A stretch of DNA of 64,000 nucleotides from Leucoraja ocellata. Lineage: Eukaryota. The position numbers and the translations under genes are program-made. Below are positions 44,701 to 56,700 of the stretch, one piece after another. Location of the stretch: positions 1,922,001-1,986,000 of the forward strand of contig JAWMAR010000201.1 of NCBI GenBank assembly GCA_036785375.1, given 5' to 3'. Each line of letters opens with the position of its first letter. Within the stretch, counting starts at the first letter, position 1. Below the pieces are notes generated by a model that did not search any database, was not told the origin of the DNA, and saw only the letters and a program-made list of their open reading frames with translations.

Positions 44701-47700
44701 ACCACCGAGGTTTTCGGTCAGGTCTGGTGCCGAGTCCTTCCACACCGCCAGTCTACCGACTACACACAATCCCGGAGTAAACCCGCGGTCTTCCAGCACC
44801 AGCGCTGTGTAGTCCTCGCCGCTGGAGCTGCGCTCTTCAGTTGCAGCCTATTTTCAAGAAGAACTATCCCAGCCATGTATTCCGATTACCCAAAGTGAGT
44901 GCGAGGGATGGAACCGTAGTCATATTTGATGATGGAATTAAAATGTCAGAGGGTGCTTAATCCTCAGGTGCCTACAGTGAGGTAGACACGGGTGGAAATC
45001 GTGGAGTGCAGAAGGCCCAGGTGGCTGTGGTTGTGGCTAATGAAAACAGGTACGCCCTCTTGGGAACTGTCCGGGGAGACGATGTTTCCAGTCCGAGTGG
45101 CGGGCATGTCAGTGACTCCAGTCCTAGAGATGGGACGCGACAGGCGAGACCGACGTCGGGTAGAGTGGGTGACTCCATTGTCCGAGGAGCGGACAGGAAA
45201 TTCTGTGGCGAGGATGCGACTATTCTCCGAGTGGCGTCGGTGCCTCAGCTCGTCGATATGCGACTGGATCCTGAATTTCCTGACGGAGCGACCGCAGGCA
45301 GTGAGACTGGCCCCGCACCTGTCCTCCACTACCACCCTGAGCACCGGCACACCACAGGGCTGTGTATTGAGCCCCATGCTCTACTCCCTCTTCGCACACG
45401 ACTGTGTTCCTGCATTCGACACCAACACCATTGTCAAGTTTGTAGACGACACAACGGTGATCGGGCTGATCACCAACAGTGATGAAGCAAACTACAGAGC
45501 GGAGGTGCAGAACCTGGCGGACTGGTGCTCAAATAACAACCTCTCCTTAAACACCTCTAAGACCAAGGAGCTGATTATCAACTTCAGAAGGACACATAAT
45601 GGGGAATACGCTCCAACCCAGAAGAGATCCCAGTGGTCTATAAATCTAAATCATTGCTCCCTGCTGCAGCCCCTCAGCAACACATACAGATCCCCTATCT
45701 CCCTGTTCCTGTCCTCACTAGCACGAGGTACTGGAAGCAATCCAGAGATAACCACCCGAGAAATCAGGCATTTCAGTCTTCTTCCCAACTCTCTGAAGTC
45801 ACGTTAGAGAACCTCCTTTATCTTCTTCACGATGTCGTTTGTGCCTACGTGCACAACTACTGCACGCTGTTCACCTTCTCTCTCGCATGCAGTAGGCTGA
45901 CAAAACAGGCTGGCAAGCAAATTTTACATCCTTTTAAACTTTACGTTGAAATTGATTCAGTAAAAAAATTCCAGAATGTACCCAATATTTTGCTGTGGAA
46001 TTTATTGTATTCACTTGATACCCTGTTACCTTGTGTAATAACAGACGGAAGCATGCATCAGAAAGAAGCAGGTAAATTGCTTCAACTATTTATCTGACAG
46101 TTGGTGGAGGGGGGAAGAGCAACATTATCCTGGAAATCTATCCACTTCCTTCCAATTGAATAATTCAATAAACACATCCATGCCAATTTTGTCAATCCCA
46201 AAAGTATCTCAGATGTTATTTTCGATTGGGGGTGGAGCAACTGTGAGCATTGACTCGTGTCATTGCGTGACTCAGAGAACAAGGGACCATAAACAAGACA
46301 ACAATAACATTGTTTTTGCTTGAGTGTGTTCACTCAGATAGAGTGGGAGGTGGCGGGAAATGCCGAGAAGTGTTCGCGACGCGCCCTCATGAGAATCACA
46401 TGGAAACTACTAAAATACCGAGGCTGTGCTCCATAATACTTCTGAATTACGAGTTTTGTTAGATATCCCCAGAATGGAATATATACGGGTAATTGAAATG
46501 GAACCACACTGCATTGGTTAATTAGGCCGAAAACAAGCCACGGCATGTGGTCATCATAAGTATCCAATTCATTCCCAATCCACTTTCCATTTTAGATATC
46601 GCAAAGCTGAAAGAAAGGCTTGAAGAAACAGGTCAGGAGAATAAAATACTGATACTTTCAATCATCAAGGTAGATCTACAACAGAAGTTCACTTCTGCGT
46701 CGTTGTTGGATGTGAACAAACAAGTATTGCTTTTCGTTCTGCAAAAGTGATCGCTTCAGCTCCCTTCGGTCATTCAAGTGAATGTTTATGAAATATATCC
46801 GAGTCGTGGATGGGGTAATATCCTCCGAAGACAATCTGTATTTCTGCCTCTTCAAACTTCCGCATTTCGTCCCGCGCAGTTCCTTCCGGGGTCGGTAACA
46901 AACGTGACGTATTCACTCAGGTTCTTTATCGAGTCCTTGCATATCGTCATTTCACCGAATGCAAACAATCCCAGAGTAATTCCCCTCTCGCACAGTACCA
47001 GTTCTGTGCAGTCCTCATCGCTGGAGGTGCCGCAGTCTGTATTCAAAAATATGCCAGCTGTTAAGGTTTCAAAAGGGAAATGAGAGGGATGCAACTAGAG
47101 GCATCTTTGAAGCTGGAATAACCGTGGTGGAGGGTGTTTAATCCTCAGATGCTGCAGAATTTGTTACATATGCCTCTTCATATTATCATATTAATGTGTC
47201 ACCCCGTGTACTTCACGGCCATGTAATGATATACTTATACATACAAAATAGATAAAGGTAACGAAGTTATCGTTGACAACTCCAATATTAGTGTGGAGAA
47301 GGCCAACATTGATACGAGATACAGAGTAAAATTATTTTCTCACGTGATCATGGCGCAAGTATTCTTGCCACATCGTATAAGCACATATTACACATTAGCT
47401 TGCAACATACGACGTGACCAGCTGCTCACGCTATGTGCAATCACGTAGCATGCCACGTGCTGACAAGAGTTGCCAAGCATCTTTTATATCTTTTTGAACT
47501 TTACATTGAACATTATTGAGTAAAATTTCTCCCAAATGTACTCCATATTCTGCAAGGGAATCTATTGTATTTTACCTTATATCCTGTTACCTGTGTATTA
47601 ACAGACGAAATAATGCGTCAACGTGAAGCAGGTAAATTACTTCAGCGATGAATTTCACGACAGGCGCAACAACTATTACTCTGACAACATTATTCGGGAA

Positions 47701-50700
47701 ATCTAGACAAATAATAATCTCAGAAATTGCACTGTTCACCATTTTGTGACGACAAGAGTGTTGAGTAGAATTTTAAAGCAGCATGTTATAAAGAATCATT
47801 CTTTATTTGTATACAAAATGTATATTGAATCGTTTTACGATCATCTATGATTTTAGCCTTAAGATTATGGATTCCATCTTTCGTTGCCCTTCACAGTTAT
47901 CGTGGGTGAATATATTCTCCATTTCCATTTGTAATTATTGGACACACTTCAAAAAAAAGAATAGATTGAATAAAATTCCGGAAAAACATAGCAGGTCAGA
48001 CAGCGTCTTTGGAGAAAGGCAAAGATGTAATATTTCAGGTCGATGACTTTCAATGAAACCCGAGAATGTGCAGGAGTTTCGTAGAAGTGAGAGGGGTCGA
48101 TATAACAAAGCCAATTTCAAAGACAGGATGGCCAACAAGAACACATGGATCCCAAGAATAGGTGATTGCTGAAAGTGCGTCATGATGTATTGTGAATGGC
48201 AGGTAAAGTATTTGGAGCAGGTGTAAATGAAGGGAGATTACTGAGGGGAAAAGGACAGGGACAAAAGAGAAAGCAAACTCTACAATTGTGACATGAATCA
48301 GACAGCATTCTCTGGAAATCGGAAATAAAGTGATGTGCTGGGCTAATTCAGTCCGGCGGGCACAATGAGCGGAATTAGTCAAATGTGTGTTTTATTAGAT
48401 ATCCCCAGAATAAAACTAGGGACATTTCGTTCGGTGTGGAATATATACGGGTAATTGAAATTTAGCTCTAGTTCATTGTTTAATTTGGAAGAAAGGCAAT
48501 CTACGTCACATGTTCCCAATTCATTGATAATCCACGTATCTTTCCATTTTTGAGGATTTTTTAAGAATTTAAGAATAGTTTCTAAGAATAGTTGATCACT
48601 GAATGGCCATGATGTATTGTGGATGACAGGTGATGTATTTGGAGGATATATAAATGAACGGAGGTTGCTGAGAAAAAAACACACGGACAAAAGAGCAAAC
48701 AAAACTCTACAATTGTAACATGGAGAAGAGAGCATTCTCTGGAAACCTGAAATAAAGTGATGTAGTGGGCAAAGTCAGTATTACTGGCATCATGAGTGGG
48801 AAAACTCAAATAACGCCAAATTCATATACTTAATGTCAAAAATTGCAGTTAATTGAAAAGCAGATAAACACTTAAAATGCTAGAAATCCGAAGTGGGGGT
48901 GGGGGGGGTGAGAGCTGAGCTACGGGACATAGAGGAGACCCTGTTGAGATCCTCATCTATAGTCGAAGAGTGGATCCCCGTTCTCTAAAGAATGAGCATA
49001 TATCCGATGCCCTGGTTTGGAAGACTTCATCCTGGGTGGAGATGCGGCGTAGACGGAGGAGTTGGGAGTAGGGGATAAGATAAGAGTCCTCACGGGAAGC
49101 AGGGTGAGAGGAAGTGTAGTCCTGATAGACATGGGAATCAGTGGGTTTGTAGTAGATGTCGGTCAGTAGTCTGTTACATGCAATGGGGACAGTGAGGTCT
49201 ACAAACGGTAGGGATATGTCGTAAATGGTCTAGGTGAATTTGAGTGTCGGATGGAAGTTAATGGTGAAATGGATGAAGTCAGTGAGATCTGTATGGGTGC
49301 AGGAGGTTGCACCAATGCAGTCGTCAATGTAGCGGAGGTCGAGTTCGGGGATAAGGCCACGGTAATCCTCGAACAAGGATTGTTCGACGTACCCTACAAA
49401 GGCGCAGGCATAGATGGCGCCCATTGGTACGCCTTGGATTTGGAGGATATGGGAGAGACAAAGGAACAGTTGGGAAATGGGAGGAGTCAAAGGAACAGTT
49501 GTAAAGACCAGCTCCGCTAGGTGGAAGAGTGTATTTGTAGACGGGGATTGATTGGTTCTGCGGTCGAAGAAGAAAGGGAGGGCGTTAAGACCCTCCTGAT
49601 GGGGGATCGAGGAGTAGAGTGACTGGCCATCCATGGTGACGATGAGGGAGTGGCGAACAGGAAAACGGAAGTCATGGAGGAGAGAACTGCGTGTGAAGTG
49701 TCTTGGACGTAGGTAGGGTGGCAATATGGTGGCTATGCCTTGGATTTGGAGGATGCCCATTGCTACGCTTTGGATTTGTAGGGTGCCCATAGCTACGGTT
49801 GCTTACGGTTGTGTTCGCGTAGATAGAGTTAGGAGCTGCCAAGAAATGCTGACCAGAGTTCCAGATACGCCCCCGTGAGAAACACATGGAAACTCTCAAA
49901 ATGCAGTAACTGTGCATCTGTAATACATCTGGATAACAAGATTTATTAGATACCCCCAGAATAAAACTGGGAGAATTGTGTTGGGTGTGAAATATATACG
50001 GGTAATTGAAATTGAAATAGCATCGTTTAATTAGGTTGGCAAGCAATCTACGCCCTTAGCGGTCACCATATATTCCTAATTCATTCATAATCCACACGTT
50101 CTTCCATTTTAGAAATCACAACGTTGAAAAGAAAGCTGCAAGAAACAGGTCAGGAGAAGGCAATGCTAATACTTTCAATCAGCAACGTTTATATGCAATG
50201 GACGTTCGCTTCTCCGCGGTTGTTGGATATGTAAAAACAAGTATTACTTTTCGTTCTGCAAATATGATCGCTTCAGTTCCATTCGGTCATTTAATTGACA
50301 TAGTATGGAATACATCCGAGTCACAGGTGGAGATATATCCTCTGGAGCCAAACTGCGTAGTTCTGCGTCTTCCAACTTCCACACTTCATCCAGCGCAGTT
50401 CGTTGCGGAGTCGGTAACAACCATGGCGTATTCATTCATGTTCTATATCGACTCCTTGCATATCGTCATTCTACCGACTGCAAACAATCCCGGAGTAAAA
50501 TAAGTCCCCTGTGTCACAGAATCGGTTCTGTGCAGTCCTCATCGCTGGAGGTGCCGCAGTCTATGTTGAAAAAGATGCCAGCTGTTCTGGTTTCAAAAGG
50601 TAACTGCGAGGGATGTAACTAAAGGGATCTTTGAAGCTGGAATAACTGTGGTGAGGGTGCTTAATCCTCAGATGCTGCAGAATTTGTTACATTTGCCTTG

Positions 50701-53700
50701 TCATTATATTATATTATTGGGTTTCCCCGTGTGCTTCACGACCATGTAAGGATACACTTAAACATAAAAAATAAACAAATGTAACTGTTACCGTTGACAA
50801 CTCCAATATTAGTGTAACAGAATGGCAAAATTGAAAGGAGACAGAGAGTAAAATTATGTTCTGACGTACTCATGGCGCAAGTATTCTTGCCGCATTGTAA
50901 AGCACATATTACACATTAGCTTGCAACATACGCCGTGACCGACTGCTCACGCTATGTGCAATCACGTAGCATGCCACGTGCTGACAAGAGTTGGCAAGCA
51001 ACTTTTACATCCTTTTGAATTTTGCATTGAAAATGATTGAGTAAAAGTTCTCCCAACTGTACTCCATATTCTGCAGGAGAATCTATTGCCTTGCACCTTA
51101 TATCCTGTTACCTGTGTATTGACAGGGGGAAACATACATCAAAACGAAACAGGTAAATTACTTCAGTGACGTATTTCACGATAGGCCTCAACTATTTATC
51201 TAACAACTGGAGTGGTAACACCAAAATATTCGGGAATTTTAGACAAATAATAATCCCGGAAATTACACTGTTCACCATTTTGTGACCTCCACGACGAGAG
51301 TGATGCGTGGAATTTTAAAGCAGCATGTATAAAGAATAAGTTTTCATTGGTACACCAAAAATATAATAAATCGTTTTACGATCATCTATGAATTTAGCCT
51401 TTTAAAATAAGATTATGGATTCCAACTTTCGTTGCACTTCGCAGTTATCGTGGGTGAATATATTGTACGTTTCCATATGTTTGCAGTTATTGGACACACT
51501 TCCGAATAGATTGAATACAATTCTGGAAAAACATAGCAGGCCAGACAGCGAATTTGGAGAAAGGCAAAGATGTAATATGTCAGCTCCATGACTTTCCATG
51601 AAACCCAAGAATGTGCAGGAGTTTCGTAGAAGTGAGGTGGGTGGATATACCAAAGGACATTTCAAAGACAGGATGGCCAACAAGATCACATGGATCACAA
51701 GAATATGTGTTTGCTGAAAATGCGTCATGATGTATTGTGAATGGCAGGTAAAGTATTTGGAGCAGGTGTAAATTGAGGGAGTATATTGATTTTTTTTTAA
51801 AGGACAGGGTCAAAAAAGCAAGCAAACTCTGCAATTGTGACATGGATCAGACAGCATTCTCTAGAAATCGGAAATAGTTATGTGCTTGTCTAATTCAGTC
51901 CGGCGGGCACTATGACCGTAATCAGTCAAATATCGCCAAATGCAATTGCCCCATGTCAAAAATTGCTGTTAATTGAGAAGCAGAAAAATGCCTAAATTGC
52001 TGGAAATCCGACGGAGGGAATTAAATTATACCAGAGATTGAACGGCCTGAAAGCAAGAAAGCTTTTATTGTAAAGACAAATGGATGTAAATGATTATGTA
52101 AATCAACCGTTCACATCATGACATTTCATTATGCCGAAACGCCAGTCCTTAGATGCCAGCAAAGAGCCCTATAATCCTCTACTCCTGTGTCATAGCTTGA
52201 AAGTATTGACCAAATAAAAAGGCTGAAATTTGCTTCATTTGCAGTCACCCTTCTTTTAAAAATATCCAGCGGTTTCCGCCTGAACCTGTCAACGTAGGGT
52301 AAATACTTGGCAACATTGTTAGAGCAGAAACACTAGATTGTCAGAGCATACAACCAAAACCTTTTTTATCTCGTTTATTAAATCTCGCCAATGCGTCATG
52401 AAATGTTATATGAGATTGACTGCAATGATACACACTGTTTTATATTAATGTAAACTCCAAACTCAATGCCATACACTGTTTTAACGGTAATTAATGGTAT
52501 CTGCCCACATACGTATGTCTGTCTATACGCAGATAGTCACGTCGTCCCCGTGCGAGTTACACACTAAATGTCACACATCCTCGAATTCCATGCGGTTGTG
52601 GAATGCCCAACCGGTAAACCACTCTGAATATAATGCACTTCTGTCTGAAACTTCAAAGGAAGACGTTCCCTGGTCTTTTTCTTTGGTCTTCACTTCCATG
52701 TACTTGGAAAATTCAGTAATCATACCCATGCCAATTTTGCCAATCCAACCTTCCCTTTTGAGTTTTAACCAGATTCAAGCTGTTTCCTGGTAACGAGCAC
52801 GGACCGTCCTAGAAAGGAATTCTGAAGTTCTAACACAAGGGTTCCCAACCAGGGGTAAATTTACCTCCAGGTAAATTTCACCGACCCATGGGCTAAATTT
52901 GTTGATTCTGAGTTTGTACATATGTGTTCTCGTTGACTGATGTGTTTGGTTCTGGTATATCGGTATCTGCTTAATCCTCAGGTGCTGCAGCATTTGCTGC
53001 ATATGCTTCGTCGTTATTTTTGTCAATGGGTCTCACCATGTACTTCACGGCCATATAATGATACAATATACAAATATACAAATTTAATTAGGTAAACGTT
53101 GGCAACTCCAATATTTGTGTAGCAGAAGGGCGACATTGAAACGAGACACAGAGTAAAAATATGTTTTCACATGATCATGACGCAAGAACTCGTGCCGCGG
53201 TGTATAGCCACATATTACTCATTGGGTTGCAACATACGTCGTGACCGAATGCTCACACGTAGCATGCCACACGCTGACAAGATTTGCCAAACAACTTTTA
53301 CATCCTTTTAAACTTGACATTGAAAATGATTCAGTAAAAAATCTCCCAAATGTTCTCAATATTCTGCAGGAAAATCTATTGTATTTCACTTGACATCTTT
53401 TATCCTGTGTATTAACAGACGAACCAATGCATCAGAACGACACAGGTGAATTACTTCAACGATGTATTTCACGACAGGCGCAACAACAATTTATCTAATA
53501 GTTAGTGGAGGGGGAAGAACAATATTGTTCTGGAAATCTATGCAATTAATAATCACAGAAATTACATTTGTTCGCCATTTTGTGACCTTCACGAAGAGAG
53601 CGATGTGCAGATTTTTAAAACAATACATATATAAAGAATCGTTTTCCATTGGTATACCAAAACTATAATGAATCGTTTAACTATCATCTATGATTTTAGC

Positions 53701-56700
53701 CTTTTAAAATAAGGTTATGGATTCCGTCTTTCGTCGTCCTTCACATTTATCGTGCTTGAATATATTCTACATACCCACATATTTGCTATTATCGGACACT
53801 AAATAAAACTAACAGGTTGTAACATGGAGAAGAGAGCATTCTCGGGAAACTTGAAATAACGTGATGTAGTGGGCAAATTCAGTATGCCTGGCACCATGAC
53901 TGGAAAAACTTAAATAACGCCAAATTCATACACTTTATGTCAAAAATTGCCGTTAATTAAAAAACAGAAAAAAGACTTAAAATGCTGGAAATCCGACGAG
54001 AAATTGAATTAAATAGGGGTTTAAACGGTCGGAAAGCTTTCTTGGCAGGATAAACGGATTTCAATGATAATGTCATTCACCAGTTCATATCATGAAATAC
54101 TATTAGGCCGAAATGCCAGCCCTACCGCCCTTGTCATAGACTTGAAAGCTTTGACCAAAATATTAAATGGCTGCGAATTACTTAATTTGCAGTCAACATT
54201 CAAAAACATCCAGCGGTTTCCGCATGAACCCGTCCACGGAGGAAAATTGCGAAACAAATTGTCAGAGCAAATTATATTCTGTTCTGTCTGCAGGTTCTGT
54301 CTGCAGTTCTGTCTGCAGTTCTGTCTGCAAAGGAAGACGTTCCCCGGTCTTTTCATTTGCTCGCCACTTCCTTCTCATGGTACAATTCAGTAATCACATC
54401 CATGCCAATTTTGTTAATCCAACTTTCCCTTTGGAATTTTTACCACATTCACACTGTTTTCAGGTAACGAGCATAGTCCGTCATATATAGGAATTATGAT
54501 GTTCTAACATCACCATAATGAAGAAGATTTGATGGGTAATCATTTATAATACTCAGCATTGTAAAAGTTTGGTTACACGTTCACTTGTTTAATGGATTCA
54601 GACTCAAGTACGCTGGCATCCAGTTGCAATTGTTGGATATAATTCGGCGACAGATGAGAGCATAATGACAAAACCCCCATATAAATCCTCTACGTGAGAG
54701 CACAGTAGATTGATGCAGAGGTGAGTATGATAAAGGACATTTGCTGGGGTAGGTTCCACGATTAGGGGATAACATCTCAGATGTTATCTATGATAGAGCT
54801 CGAGCAACTATGTGAATTGGCTCGAATTGTCAGCTGTCCCTTCTACTCTACTTCACGTAAGTAGAGTAGAAGGGAGAATAAACTATATGACGACGAAAGA
54901 CATTTTTATCACGATTGTGTTCAGCTAGATATAGTTAGGAGGTGCTAGGAAATGCTGACAAGAGTTCCAGATACGCCACCGTGAGAAACTCGTGGAAACT
55001 GACAAAATACAGAAACTGTGCATTTGTAATACATCTGAATGACGAGTTTTATTAGAAATCCCCAGAATAAATCTGGGAACATTTTGCTGGGTGTGAAATA
55101 CATACGGGTATTTGAAATTGTAATGTCATCGTTTAATTAGGCTGGAAAGCAATCTACGGCCTAAGTGGTCATCATATATTCCCAACTCATTCATAATCCA
55201 CGCGTCTTTCTTTTCTAGACGTCATAACGTTAAAAAGAAAGCTGCAAGAAGCAGGTCAGGAGTAGGAAATGCTAATACTTTCAATCATCAAGGTTTATAT
55301 GCAATAGACATTCACTTCTCCGTAGTTGTTGAATATGTAAAAACCATTGTAATGCAGTCACATCCGTAGCCATTGGCAGATCGTTGATAGCGATGGGGTT
55401 TGGTTTGAGACCGGCGCTGGTGAATACATGACCCATATAGTTCACTTCGTTGCCCGGAACCTGCATTTTGGGGGGTCAAACTTGAGGTTGATTGCTCTGG
55501 CAGGGTCTTCGTGCTCCCGGGCGACTGGGATGTCACCTACATTGATAGCACATGGGTATCCGGCAAATAACTGCTCCGTGGTGCGTTGGAAGAACTCACT
55601 AGCCGAGTTTATTCCAAATGGAACACGTAAAAATCTGTATCGTCCGAAAGGTGTGCCGAACGTGGTCAACATGGAGGATTCATGGTCTAGTGGAATCCGC
55701 CAGAATTAGTTATTTGCGTCCAGGACTGAGAATACTGTTGCTTTTCCCAAGTTGGCCGCGACTTCTCCCACCGTTCGCATCGGGTGTTGTGGGCGTTTAA
55801 TGACAGTGTTTAATTCCTTGGGATTGAGGCAAATTCGTATTTAATCTTTGTTTTCTTGGTTGCCGCAACCATGGTCGACACCTAGGCAGATGGATCATTC
55901 ACAGGGGCAAACACACCCAGAGTTCCAACATGTTAAATTCGTTCGGAACACGTTATCGTTGGGCATCTTTGATGCTGGAATAACAGGGGTGGGGGATGCT
56001 TAATCCTCAGGTGATGCAGAATTTGTTACATGTGCGATGTCCTGTTATTATATTAATGGGTCTTCCTGAGTACTTCACGACGATGTAATGACACGATACT
56101 TAAACATAAAAACATAAACAAATATAATTTAATTACCGTGGACAACTCCAATATTAGTTTAGCAGAAGTCAAAATTAAAGCGGGTCACAGTGCAAAATAA
56201 TTTTCTCACAAGGCCATGGCGCAAGTATTCTGGCCGCTGTGTATACGCACGTATTACACAGAAGTTACAACATACGTCGTGACCGACTGTTCCCGCTATG
56301 TGCAAACACGCAGTATGCCACACGCTGACAGGAGGTGCCAAGCTACTTCTACAGCATTTAAAACATTACATTGTCAATGGTTGAGGAATAATTCCCAAAA
56401 TTGTACTCAATATAATGCTGGGGAATCTGTTGTATTTCACCTGATTACCTTATGTATTAACAGACGGGAAAATGCGTCAGTACGAAGCAGGTGAATTACT
56501 TCAGCTATGCAACTATTTATCTGGCAGTTGGTGGAGGGGGAAGACCAACTTTATTCCGGAAATGTATACAAATAATAATCACAGAAATGATTCTGTTCAC
56601 CATTTCATGACCTTCACGAAGAGAGTGATGTGTAGAATGTTAAAGTAACATTTCTGAAAAATCATTCTCCATTGCTATACCTAAAATATAATGAATCGTT

